From the NCBI GenBank assembly GCA_015680685.1, contig MNCI01002798.1, positions 134,701 through 198,700 of the forward strand: 64,000 nucleotides of DNA. Reading direction: 5' to 3'. Source of the DNA: Gnetum montanum. Its lineage: Eukaryota > Plantae > Gnetophyta. Numbering within the stretch: position 1 is the stretch's first letter; every line of letters starts with the position of its first letter. The notes beneath the pieces are model-generated. The model made no database searches, was not told the DNA's origin, and saw only the letters and a list, made by a program, of their open reading frames with translations. A program made the translations under genes and the position numbers. This document shows positions 14,251 through 27,593 of the stretch, in pieces.

Positions 14251-16390
14251 TACTAACCCACTTGGATGAGAAGAAGTGTAGGGATACATAAGATGTAATG
14301 AGTTAAAATGAGGAAAAGTATTAAATTAGCACAAAAACAACAATCAAGAGGAGGTCTCCAAAAAGAAGGCTTGTATAAGTTCAATATCATCTAAAAGAAG
14401 AAACAAGACTAGGTTTGATAATCCTATCCAAATTAAAGATACTATATATTTTTGTTGTAGAGTATGTGGACATGAACAAGGGTATTATCATCCATATATA
14501 GAGAAAAATAGTGTGACTACTTGTCCTTGTCAAGAGAATTCTAGTAAGTGTATCTTGTAGGGTACAAAAGCATGAAGAACAGATGAGAAATAGAAAGGGA
14601 TAGTCTCTGATGAAATTAAGGGATCAAGAACTATAACTATTAGAAATTATGAGTCCTTGCACTTTGAAGAACATGAACATGACAAAGAAGGAATCTCAAA
14701 TGAGTTTTAGGATACATACAAAAGTTTTGATGAAAGAAAAGGAAATTTGTATGGTAAGGAGGCACTCTATGATTGGAGACCTCATCTCAAACTCTATTAA
14801 TCATGTTCATGCTAGAAAGCAAGAAAGGTAAGTGATGGTAAGTATTTATTCCTTTGCTTGCTAGACATACTGTAGATTAGTTTTTGTTTATAAATATTAG
14901 TAAATAGGAAATTCTTTGGATAGATGCTCTTTGGGTTCTTTGGCCACCAAAGAAAATATTACTTGATCTTCCAAGGTGTTGAGCTACAACATATGACTAA
15001 CAAAAGTTAATGTATATTAATGAAAAATGTCTCCAAGGTAAGGTTTGGTAAGTATTCATCATTTTCTAATATTGAGACATTTGAATACCCATGATGTACC
15101 TTTTATTATTGTTATATAATGGATTGGAAAGTTTTTTATGAATATTGAAAAATCTATGTTTATGTCCTTAATGAGTTCTTGACCAAAATTCTTGAACTTT
15201 TCAGGAAATCTTTCATTTAAAAGAGAATTATTGTTACTACTAATATCCTATGATATTTATCATCTAATAGAGATACTACTAATGAGAGACTTTAAAATTC
15301 AAAAGTCTTCATACTTGATCTTAATGTAACTTTACAAATTTATTAGTGAGATTCAAAAATTTATCTCTACAAAGGTAAGTGACTCAGGTATGATTGATCA
15401 GCCAATGGATACATTACATAAGTTAAAGATTGTTGGTGCTTCTATGAAAGAAATTCCTTGCCAGAAAATAGCTTGAAGATCCTAAAATGCTTAACAGGAG
15501 ATTACCACTCTTTCTACAAAAGATGATTCAAGAAGATAAGAAATATATGTAGGGGAAGCATCAGTGCAGGGGGAGTCTTTGAAGATTCTCCTAGAACATA
15601 TTATTAATGATACAATCCCCTAATCTATAGCACCCTTATAAGGAAACAAGAAAGGAAGAGTATATTCATACCATTATCTGGTAAGTTTATAAAGGTAAAC
15701 GAGTAAACCATTTTTAGGGCAAGATTTAGAATCTTTACTTGAAAATGATCTTTGTTGGCACAAGCTCTTGAACTCTACAAGGTTTTATCAATTTTATTTT
15801 TAAGCACTGTGTTAAGAAATTAATGATACACGTTTAAATTTTTATATGCTTAGACTGTATCATTTTGAGTATCCTATATGATGTATCTAAGGTTCTTATT
15901 ACAAATATGAGTTGTTAAGTACTCACCTAAGGGATCTCAAACACTTTAAATGACATATTAAAGCTAGTAAAGGTATTCATGCTCTCTTTTAATATTGATA
16001 TTTTCTCTCAACATGGTTATCTGAAATTGGTTTATGAACCTTTTGGTAAGGATATGATTGATTATTGTTGATCTTTAACATTTAGCATGATAAGTTATGT
16101 TCTTTGACCTTCATGTGAGATTTGATATATTTCTCAATAATTGATTGTGCATATATTTACTCCCCTTGGCATGGATTTTCTATATCTATTGAATGTGGAA
16201 TATAAATTAAGAAAGGCTTAAAGAGCTTTTGAATAGTATTAGTAATAGATGAAGGCTTTATGATGTGTCCTGATTTTTATCTTTTACAGTCTTCATGCAT
16301 ATTTATCTAGCTCCTTTTAGCATGGATGGTTATGCTGCTTTGATCATTTTGAAATCTAAGCCCTTCAAATGGAAGAGTATCTTACATAGT

Positions 16391-17295
16391 TGATGAGCGG
16401 CTAGGTACCCCTACGCCCAACCATACGAATCATGGATGTTCACATGCAACTTGGTTGAATTCCATAGACTGTAAGCACTTTTCATATACCATAGCCTAAC
16501 CAAAAAAACCCTTTGTTAGAATGGTCATTGTCTTCCCAACCTCACTTGTGATGTTCTAGTGGCAATAGTTAAGTGAGATTGAGGCAACTAATTTTTATGT
16601 CTTTTTACTTTATCTTTTAGCGTCTAACTAAGGTATGGAAAGCAAGGAATGAAATACTATATAATGTATAATTATCCTAATCTATATCTTTAACTATTCC
16701 TAGCATAAGTATCCGATCCCATCTTCCATGCACGTCCCAAGCATCCCCTAACCACTACTGGGCTACCAGACGTTAAGCATCACTGGGCTACCAAGTGTTT
16801 GGTTTACATTCGAGATGGTTGTACTTATGGTATTTATGAACTATAAAGGATCAATAACGATTAAAGTGATAATAACATAAACTCAATGAATGATTAAAAC
16901 ATATAAATATTAAACTAGAAATGCATAGAAATGGATAAGTCCAATTACTATAAGGAATGCTTGAAAAGCTCGTCTTTATTATCATTCACGCCAATGGGCT
17001 TAGGTACATCAATGCTCGAATAAAGATCTAGACATATTTCTTACACCTACTATGGGCACTTGGAGAATATTCTAACTCTCGTGGAAACAAACTGCAATAG
17101 CTTTGCTACAATTAACAAAAAGGTAAATAAGTGTGGTGGGAGCCCACTTATTTATAGGTCAAAAAAGGTGTCACGTAAACGGGGCCATGTCAATGCATGG
17201 GAGGATGCGTCAATGGGGCTATGTCGACACGACCACGTATACGAGGTCCTGTATACATGGCCTAGTAGATGCAGTGATCAACAAACACTTCATCA
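16391..17295 (-). repeat. 3' LTR of element B (905 bp)
   Basis: TGATGAGCGG...CACTTCATCA; colinear with 26072-26980, with differences mostly transitions. Confidence 0.95.
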
Positions 17296-17533
17296 TACCC
17301 CCACGATTGAGTAAAAAATTATCCTCAAGTTCCTCTTACAATTTGGAAGGTATGGACTTTTATTTACAACACATGATTTGACACGTGACACACATACACA
17401 CATGATGCTCCAAGTGCTCGAGTATACAGAGAAGGAAAAATTACAAAAATGGTGGTGTTCAAAGAAAAAATTGAACACCTTGCCAGTCTTGGATTCTCTG
17501 CTGTGTAGAAAGATGCAAAATCATTGGAGAAGA

Positions 17534-20379
17534 TCACACCGTCCCTGGTGGCAGTAGTGCCAACAATCCTTGACTAGCCTCTGGCCCATGTGGTGGTGAG
17601 AGCATGAATGGTAGTTGCCCCACAGTAGCAGGAACTTGTGGAGGCAATCGGAAAGCCTCCAAGAGGGCACACATCTTTTCTTCCTTACTTCTAGGATTGT
17701 TCACTGTCCAAGTAGCTTCACCAGTGTGTGCTGGAATAGGAACCTCCCAAGGGCATGGTAGCGTAGGGAAGTGTTCTGAAGCTAGGCTGTGAACTATTTT
17801 CATTTGATGTCAAATGCTCGAATTGATGTTTGAAGCTACTGGTAGTCATTCATTCAATGGGCCAAGTTCTCTATGATTGCACGCTATCTTTCAAAACTCA
17901 TGCAGAGAACATCAAGTTCCGCATTTTTTTTTTCCAATTTCTACTTTGTTGCTTTGTGTGCTTGGAACTCGCCCTCTTATAAAGAATACGAGATAGCCAC
18001 TTATTTCTCCAAGTTAGACTACGGCCTCCCAGCTGTTAGCATAGCCAGGTTTGCGTAGCAAAGGTTGGCAAGCTCCATATACTCTATCATTTCTTCAATT
18101 TGTAGTTCCTTAAGGTAGATTTCAACTTGATTATAGGCATCCAACCCATCAAAGATAGGGTGCCATATCTCATCTCCTTTTTAAAGCTACTGGAGCACTT
18201 GGTTTATCTTAGCCTTGGAAACTTGAATATACTTCTCATTCACTTCTTTTTGTAATCCCACTTGGTCCCTGTAGTGATTTTTGACTTTTTCAAATTTCAA
18301 GGCCTTGTTCTTCCAAGCAGTGATTTCGATGGGAGATTTCTATCGCAAGGTTTAAACCTCCTCCATGGACAGATTTTAGTGCTTAGTAGCCAACCTTCTC
18401 ACATCAGCATTCATCCTGGCTAGCTGTTCCTACTGTTGGTGAATAAAATTTTTCATGTGCTCGTTTTCAGCACCAACATTACTTAGGTGATGAACCTCCA
18501 CAGTCAATCTAACATTATCCTAGTGAACCTCTATCAAGTCCTTATTTAAATGATATGCATGAGCATCTGTCAAGGACTTATCAAAGATCATTGACTCTTG
18601 GTCATCCTCAAGTATCAGCAGTTTGATCTGAAGCTATTGAAAAGCTTCGTCACGAGTGAGCTCATGGCTGAGGAGAGCTGGATTGACAAGTTAGGCTCTT
18701 AATTGAGCAACTTATAACACCAAGCATTGAAAGTTAGCTTGATTAGCTTCAAGTTACCCTTCCACGATAAGGCTTTTACCCCTTGCCGATAGCAGCTTCG
18801 AATGGATTGTAGTGATGTTGTCCGAAAGGTTAAAGACATCCAGAAGTGGTTTCTTGGTTCCCACCAGTGGGTCCAATAGTTTTTCATGTTGTGTTGCATC
18901 AATCTTGCTACGTGAAGTTCTAATGAATTCCTGTACATCTTGAAGTCCATGTATGTTTGGTGTAGCTGCCGCGAGAGCATTCAAAGTCGTAGTAATTATA
19001 TCAGCAACCACTTCGACCGCAGTCTCCTGTCCTTGGTGTTGCATCACCAGGACCGTCACCCCCTCACCATCTTCCAGGCATACCGAGAAGGTAGCAACAT
19101 TTCCTAAGATTTCAAGGAATAGCTGTTGAGTGGATATAGTTACCTCTCAGATGCCAGGATCTGTTCTTGTTGGTACTTGCGTTCGAGTGGCAAAGAACAT
19201 CGACCCTGCCCTTTCTAGAAAACTAATTGATTGAGCCACTTATTTGAAATGGCTCATGGTAGGGCAATGGACCAAAGGGTCTTCTTCTTCACCAATCCTT
19301 CTAGACTATTCTTGCTAGCTCAAGAGCGATTGTTGGATATCGTGGATGTGTTCAGTAATAGTTTGCGAACTCGACCTCATTGTTTGTGTAGGTGGTGAAG
19401 GCTATTTCTACTCTTCCTCAGCATGTGTAGTGGCAAGAGTCTTATCCTTCATCAGTTTCCTCCATGAGGCAATTGGGGCATGCTGAAGTGTATCATTAGC
19501 ATATCATGCTATCCCTGCTCGTTTGCATAACTTTCTGATTAGGCAAGAAAAGGGGAGAGCTTGTCTTCCATGTTCTCTTTCGATGAACCTCTTTTCAATT
19601 TCCAAGAATAACAACTGTGGAAGAATCATGGAAACTTTCCCACTTAGGGTGGCACACGAACGAGTGGAGAAGGCCATAATTTTGCTAGGTCTTATTTTTG
19701 GGTTTAGGTGATAAGATGCGATCTTTGAATACACCCTCTCCATGGTGGTTAGAGAGCCGAAATCCTTGTGGTCTACCCCATAGCACCACTTGATCCACTC
19801 CACTTTTATCTTAGGGTCTGCTTATTTTGGGATCTCTGCCACATATGCTCCAGTATCTAGCAACCCCAGAGCTTATGCTATTGCCTCTATAGTGTAAGAG
19901 ACATAGATGTCTTTGATCCTTACCCTGGACCCCAGTTGTCGATGTTTCCAAAAGAGATAGGTTTCTCCTATGCACCATTCACCACTGGTTGTGATGATCA
20001 GCCACATAGGGGAATTTTGCAATTGAAGTCTCATGTGTTCTGGTGCATTCTCGAGAAATGGTCCAAATTTTAGCTCTTGTAGGACCATCTGTTGCACTTC
20101 TCCCAGCTTGATAGCATCAAGACAGGCTTGGGTCAGGGTGACCTCAAGCCATGGTACTATTCCTAGGGTTTCATCCCCTTGTGATTGTCCACTGGGGATC
20201 ACCTCTTTGGGAATCTGATGGACAGATTACATATTAGGTTCTTCGCAGAGGGGGCTAGTTGCATGAGAGCCCTCTACATGCTCTGGTTGCTGCACACCTC
20301 ATCCCCTTTCTATTCATGGATGCTTCTCCTTCAGTTTTGATGGTCCTTTGTCCCTTGGATGCCTTGGTTTTGGTGCCAT
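17534..20379 (-). pseudogene. Extra ('env-like', ATHILA ORF-1/putative plant transposon protein-like) ORF of element B, about 950 codons, interrupted
   Basis: Starts MAPKTKASKG; ORF fragments 19873-20202, 19504-19803 (LPQLLFLEIEKR...LPFSCLIRKLCKRAG), 18754-19059 and 17534-17803; coiled-coil-like C-terminal half. Confidence 0.85.
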
Positions 20380-21734
20380 TTGCAATCAAACATAACCACC
20401 CATTAGGTTGTACATATGTAGCTCAAGATGGTCCTTATACACTTTCTTAGTTCGACTAAGTTATGTTGTTCACATGGGCATTCCATTAAATCCATCAAAG
20501 TGTTATTTCATTGGTTAAAGCAAAAAAAAAAATCAAGGGATAAGTTAAAGTTTAAGCTATTTTTTTGTTTCTTCCCCTTAGAGGTGTGATGTATTAGTTA
20601 ATTAATTAATTACACATAGGCTTCACCCCCAATGACTGAGAGCATACCTTTGAGTGCTTAATTGGGCTAGGATCGATTGATGCAGACGTGCGAGAGAACG
20701 TAGGTGCTTGGGAAGAAGTTAGGTAGAAAAAATGGCAAAATATCCCTCCAATTTGTGTGCAAAATGATGAAAAATCAAGCACAATGGGCATATATATAGG
20801 GATTGGGCATTGTGTCGATGGGGCCATGTATATGTGGCTGCGTAGACATAGGGGGCTACATATACGAGGCCCTGCATATGCAGGTGGTCACACCCATTGA
20901 CTAGCGTTGACCAGCCTAGAAAAAGCCCAAAAAAATAAATTGAAAATGAAAAATTGGGGCAGTTGAAGAGCGTAAGAGACTGGGAATGCAATCGAGGACA
21001 TGAGGAAGGTAAACCAGGCTAGAAAAAGAGTCAAACATAGGAAAAACGAACTCCATGGGGGAGAAATCGAGCGATGGGGGGCTTAACAAATGAGATCAAG
21101 AATATGCAAGTGGATCCTCCCCATAGTAGGCGATAGCCTTAATAGCCCTTGCATAGCCTTAACACTAGAGTCTGTGGGCTCCGAGATTAAGAAATGGTAA
21201 TCGAAAGTTAAGAAGACCATCCAAGTGAACCTGCCAAGGCATGAGAAGTCCATGGAAACCACGGTGAACTCTCAAAATGTAACACAGGTAGTGAGGTAAG
21301 TTACGGAGAGAAATGGATGAAGAGAAAGACGAGAGAATGGGAATTCCGATTATCAAGCACATGAAACTTGGTGTGCAATTATGGTTAAGTGACCTAGTAT
21401 GACCTTTTCTAGGTTCAAACCCAAAACCATCTACATATAGTGACATCTCAGCAACAGGAGAAACCCTGACCATTCCCCAAGTAGATAGGAATGCACCCAC
21501 AAAGAACCACCACTCCAAAAGATGTGAGAGGAAGGAAGTGAAATAGGACTAAGTTAGAGGGGACGAAGAAAGTCCCATAACTACTACTTGTGGCCTGTGA
21601 GAGGTAGTCTAAGGGGTGTGCTTTGAATTCGCTCATAGCAATGATTTTATTTTTTATTTTCTTGTGATTTCATGGGAACCACACCATGCAAAGACCCATG
21701 CTTCTTTGCATGCATTCGACCAAGGGATGTGCTT

Positions 21735-24700
21735 GGTTGTCGAGTGATTCCTTGGATGACCCTAATCTATTCAAGATCTACGCTAATCCCTATCTGCAAG
21801 ATACGATGCCCCAGCACAATGCCTTCTTGGACCATTAAATGGCTTTTCTACCAATTGAGCCATAGATTAGTGTCTACAAACCTTTTCAGAACTTGCTCAA
21901 GGTGGTCCAAGGCTTCCTCGAATGTGGTCCCATAGGTAGAGAAGTCATTCATGAAGACTTCTATCCCATTGCCAATTTTTTGCTAGAAGCTGCTGAGGAC
22001 AAGGCATTGGAATGTGGCAGGTGCATTACATAGGCCAAAAGGCATCTTCTTGTATGGAAAAGTCCCCCATGGACTTGTCAAAGTTGTTTTGGCCTGGTCC
22101 TCTGGTGTAATTTGAATTTGGTTATAGTCATTATAACCATCCAAAAAGCTGTAATAGTGGTGCCTTGCAATAGTATCCAACACTTGGTCCACAAATGGGA
22201 GTGGGAAGTGATCCTTGAAGGTAGCCATGTTGAGAAATCAGAAGTCTATATAGACCCACCATTTTTCACCTTTCTTTGACACAATAATAAGTGGGCTGAC
22301 CCATTCGCTAACGACAATAGAATAGATGAACCCCGCCTTTAGCAACTGCTCCATTTCATCTTTGATGACCTGCTTCAGTTTGGGGTTCAATCACCTTTGT
22401 GGTTGTCGCCGTGGCTTCATGGAGGGGTCAGTATAGATCCGATGTTGGTAGACCCTAGGATAAACTCTAGTTAACTCAGGATATGACCATGAAAATGCAG
22501 CATCCCATTTGTTTACCACCTTCAACAATTTTTTTTTTGTTCAGGAGCAAGGGTGGCATTGATAAATACTGGCTTCCCATTTTGCAAAAATGCATATTCT
22601 AAGTGGGCCGGTAAGGTCTTGAGCTCCAGGGACTCTTGTTTAAAGCTTTTAGGGATTTGCAGCTTTCCCTAATCATCATGGTTATCAAATGTGAAGACCT
22701 GTTGATGAACCTCTTCCATTTCATCCATGCTTTCTACGTAGGCTCGTACAAGCCCCTCTGATGGTTCCATGCACAATGCATTGCTAGCAGGATTAGCTAT
22801 CAGCTACTGGGAACCCTCTCGATTGGTGGCTACTACGTATAGGCACTGTTGAACTGACGATTCTTCGGTACATTGATTGCATGCTTGAATGGATATCCGC
22901 TTAGCATACCATAACTACTGCACACAGTTGCACCCTGAGTCATTGTATGCAATGCATGGAATGCACTTCTTCTCGATCTTTTCAAAATTATTTTTTATTG
23001 AAATTTCAAGGGAGAGATCTTGGAGTCCTAGTCTTGCATCCACCATGCTCAGCCAGGCTCTTCCCATTATGATAGGAAAGTTCCCCTTATAATTCTCCAC
23101 TCGGATGACAAGGAAATCAGTAGGATAAGACCACCCAAAAATGGTGGTCACAATGTCCTCCACCAATCCCAAGGGAATGGTGATGGATTGGTCTGGTAGC
23201 TCGAGCCAAATGTTGCTCTTTTTTAATGGGGGTAGGTTCTAGTTCTTGTACATGTCATGTGAAATCAAATTGACACTTGACCCCGAGTCCAAAAGAGCTT
23301 TACATGGCTCATTCCCTACCACCTGAAGATAGATGAGGGGGCTTCTTGGATTAGTTAATTTTCTAGGAAGATGCCTTGCCTTGATCTAGTCGGTCACACC
23401 ATGTGTGAGCATGATCATTTGTACATTGGAGGATAGTTGGTTTGAAGGCTACTCGAGTGGTGGAACAGTGGAGGTGGTTTGAAGTTTAGAGGCACAAGCC
23501 ATAGGTGGATGTGAGAGTGTGCCTACATTATTAGGCCAAAAGAAGGGACATTTCTATGGCTTGGCTTCTGGTCCACCCGGATGAGGAGTCGGTTGTAGGT
23601 TGATAGCCCTCATAGCATTACATTGCTGTGGCTATGGTGGAATTTCTCCCTGCATAGGTGGAGAAGGTGATAGCTGAGTGGGATGTTGCAGAGAAGGAAT
23701 GGTAGGAGAAGGTGATGGAGGATAGTAGAGATGTGGGCTTTCCCCCCTGGGTGATCAAGATTGAGGTTAAAAATATTTCGGGGGTGGTAATAACTTTTAA
23801 AGGCCGCATGACTGGAAGAGTTCTGTGGAGAGATCGGTTGTTGAATGTAGTACCCATAGGGATCTTTCTATTTGTAAGGGTACTGTTGCCTTGGAGGTGG
23901 CATCCCCCATGCTTATGGATGTTGCCATTTCTAGAAGTATTCATAAGGTTGTGGTGTTGCTCCACTATAATAATATCCTTGTTGTTGGTGGAACTGCCTT
24001 GGGTTGCCTTGTGGGTAAGGCAACCTTCGGGGTGTTTGCCTCTTCGCCAAGAGAGGATTCAATGCGTACACCCCAGACTCTTGAAGATGTGACACCATAG
24101 GAAAAAATCCCTTAGGATGTTCATATTGGCATATGCCAGATTCATCATCCTCCTTGATGTCAGAGTCTGCAACCTACTCTGCTACAACAACTTTGCCCTT
24201 ACCCTTATGTTGGGCACATTCAGCTTCCCTCTTCCTATGCTGATCACAATCATTACCTTATTCTTTGGACTCTTCTACAATTTTTAGCACACTTTGGAAT
24301 TTTTTGTTCAAAGAGTCCCACATCTTATCAACCTTTGCCAATATGTTAGATGCAAAATTTTGTAAGGGCAAGGTTTCTTGGTTCATCACTACTTCCAATG
24401 GTGATTCTTTCTCCTCTTCACAGAATTGGACCTCCCTCTTTTTGATGGAGGGATCTCGATTAAATTCCTTTGCACTCTCCTTCTTTCTGAGTTCCCCCTC
24501 TTCTTTGGCAACCTGCTCAATGAGGCATTGTAGTTGATGGGCCCTTAGTTCTGATAACCGTCCATGGGCGTACACACCAAGGATCTTTCACGTTTCAAAG
24601 CAGAGCCCATCAATGATATGGTGAAGCTGTGCTTGTTGAGAGTAGCCATGACCAGGGAACTAATGTAATAATGAATAGTACTTACTCATGGCTACGTCCA

Positions 24701-25905
24701 AGGGTTCATAATTCCCTTGCTTCTAGCCTTGTATTTGACATCTTAGATTCACCACTCTGGAGTACGTTTGATATTTGTCATTGAAAATATCAAGCATCGT
24801 ACTCCATCCTTTGATTGATTTTGGTTCCAAGGATCAGTACCAACTTTTTGCTTCCTTGATGAGTGTGCGAGGGAACAACTTCAACTTCTACCAATCATTG
24901 TCAATATTTTGTAGGGTGCAAGCATCATGGAATGCATATAGGTGAGTTTGTGGATCACAATTGCATCCCCCTTCAAATCTAAGGATGTTGTTCATGTTGA
25001 TACGCTTGATCCAGCTATCCTTCAAGTACCTACTAGGGATCTGAACTACCTCAAAAATATGGAGCATGCTTCGAGTACCCAACAATGGCTCATCCGAGTC
25101 ATAGTCCTGCTGAGGACCATGGTGTGTATGACGATTTCGACTACCCCTCCTTTCATGATAGTGAGCCTTGCGTGATTGGTCATGCATTTTCCCATGTTGG
25201 TCCCTTCGATCATCATGACCATCATCTATTGGCTCCTTTCTACCATGGTTATGATTAGAGTTTGAATTGGGTGATGGTAGAGGGGAGTAAGAGGATGGAG
25301 AAGAAGGAGAGGAATCACCACCACTCTGGTGTCGATCTCCCCCTCTACTATGATGATGACCTCAATCATCCTACCCATCCTTTCTTGAGCCATGACTTTT
25401 CTTACATGACCCTCCATCCCCTTGGGGATCTTGGTCACTTGGAGGCTTGTTTAGGATGATAGATTGAATGAACTACTACCCCATAGGAAGTTCAGCTGAA
25501 TGGAAATAATGAAAGATAGGTTCCCCCATCATCCTACAGCCCTTGCAAGAATAAGGGGTTACTAAATTGCTTCCCGTTCAGGTGTTCATATCGTTCTACC
25601 TACTGCTGGTCTTGTGCTCGTTGGACCTCAGTGGGATGATAGTCTCAGTAGTCATGGTCCTCCATGACGTACTCCACAACAAGGTCCTAGATGCCTAGTC
25701 TGGCAAGATTGTGGAATAGCATTCCAGGAGCCAATCGGTCAAGTGGTAGTATGATGTTGCCCTCCATGTCTTGCCATCGTAGATGCTCATCTTGATGTAG
25801 AATGAATGTGAAGTTAGGGACATATTCATCGGGATGCTTGTATACCACCCGACATTCTTGTGGCACCGATGGGTTGGATACATCTCACCTATGAGAAGAA
25901 GACAT
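21735..25905 (-). pseudogene. gag-pol: gag-protease-RT pseudogene of element B, truncated near the end of RT
   Basis: Starts MSSSHR; gag core 24600-25100; KALLDSGSSVNL at ~23270-23305; RT fragment 21983-22228 (DHFPLPFVDQVLD..LDGYNDYNQI..MPFGLCNAPATFQ); FMNDF at ~21950. Confidence 0.92.
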
Positions 25906-26052
25906 GTTGGATATTAGATGATGCATTTACTTGATGTACCCTACTTTTTACTTTAATTTTTCTAGCATGTGTAAATGTTACTATCCTAGGTCCATTCCAA
26001 TGACATGAATGATAATTTTGCTAAGGTTAGATGATGCATGTAAGACTAACAG

Positions 26053-26070
26053 TTCCCAGCAATGGCGCCA
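26053..26070 (-). promoter_or_regulatory. Primer-binding site, tRNA-Asp type
   Basis: Reverse complement TGGCGCCATTGCTGGGAA, 1 nt from the LTR. Confidence 0.9.
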
Positions 26071-26071
26071 A

Positions 26072-26980
26072 TGATGAGCGGCTAGGTACCCCTATGCCAA
26101 ACCATACGAATCACAAGTGTTCACATGCGACTCGATCGAATTTCATAGACTATAAGCACTTTTCATACACCAAACCCTAACTAGGAAAACCCTTTGTTAG
26201 AACACTCATGTTCTTCCCAACCTCACTTATGATGTTCCAATGGTGATGGTTAAGTGAGATTGAGACAACTGATTTTTATGGCTTTTTACTTTATCTTTTG
26301 GCATCTAATAAAGTAAGGAATGAAATACTATATAATCTATAATTATCCTAATCTATATCTTTAACTAATCCTAGTATAAGTATTTGATCCCATCTTCTGT
26401 GCACGTTCCAAGCATCCACTAACCACTACTAGGCTACTAGACGTTAAGCGTCGTTGGGCTACCAAGCATTGGGTTTACGTTCAAGATGGTCATACTTATG
26501 GTATTTACGAACTATAAAGGAGCAATAGTGATTAAAGGGGTAATAACATAAAATTAATGAATGATTAAAACATATAAATATTAAACTAGAAATGCATAGA
26601 AATGGCTAAGTCTAATTGCTACAAGGAATGCTTGAAAAGCTCATCTTTATTGCCGTTCACACCAATGGGCTTAGGTACATTAGCGTTCGAATAAAGATCT
26701 GAACACATTTCTTACACCTACTATGGGCACTTGAAAAATATTCTAACTCTCATAGAAACAAACTACAAGAGCTTCGCTACAATTGAAGAAAAGGTAAATA
26801 AGTGTGGTAGGAGCCCACTTATTTATAGGCTGAAAAAGGTGCCGCATAAATGGGGCCACATTGACGCATGGGAGGATGCGTCGATGGGGCCATGTATATG
26901 GGGCCATGTCGATGCGGCCGCATATACGAGGTCCCATATTCACGACCTAGTAGACGCAACGACCAACAAACACTTCATCA
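26072..26980 (-). repeat. 5' LTR of element B (909 bp)
   Basis: TG...CA ends; TATA box (CCTATAAATA on - strand) at 26820-26829. Confidence 0.95.
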
Positions 26981-27593
26981 ACAGTTATTTGAAATCATAA
27001 GATATGATGTTACTAATGACTTATTGGTTCAAAGATAGGTTACATGATCTTTAGTGCTTAGACTATGTATTCGACCTTTGGTTTTAAATACTATCGGATA
27101 TCAACTGAAAGGATTGAATTAATTGTACCTCATTAATTATCTAATCTTAACTTGATCTATGAACATATAAGGGACAACTCTTAATGGAATTTGGTTTTTG
27201 ATCATTAGGCCTATAAAAACTTTGTTGAAGGATTTGTACTCTTTAAGTGATATCCATCACATTTTCATCCTTTGTTAAATATTTATGTAGATACTATCTC
27301 AAGTTTATCTTATGGAAATTTATTGAGGATGTATGGGTGGGCCCTTATCATGTTCCTTGCCTTTTGGATGTTGTCTAAAAAGGGGAAGAGTTTTGTGATC
27401 AGTCATGTAAGCTATGTGGTATATGATGTTGCTCTTTCTATGATATATCTTTGGATAAAGGTTGTGATATGTTTAGTGCATTATGAAGATAGATTATATT
27501 TTTGATTTTATTGTTTATCATATAATATTATGTATATTATGGAATGTACTAACCCATTTTCTTAAGTTTTTGACATCACCAAAAGGGGAAGAT

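Larger units (their letters stand above)
16391..26980 (-). mobile_element. Element B: Athila-type element with both LTRs and an internal deletion of RNase H/integrase
   Basis: LTRs 16391-17295 and 26072-26980; TSD ATAGT/ACAGT; PBS 26053-26070; PPT-like GTGGGGGTA next to the 3' LTR. Confidence 0.95.
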
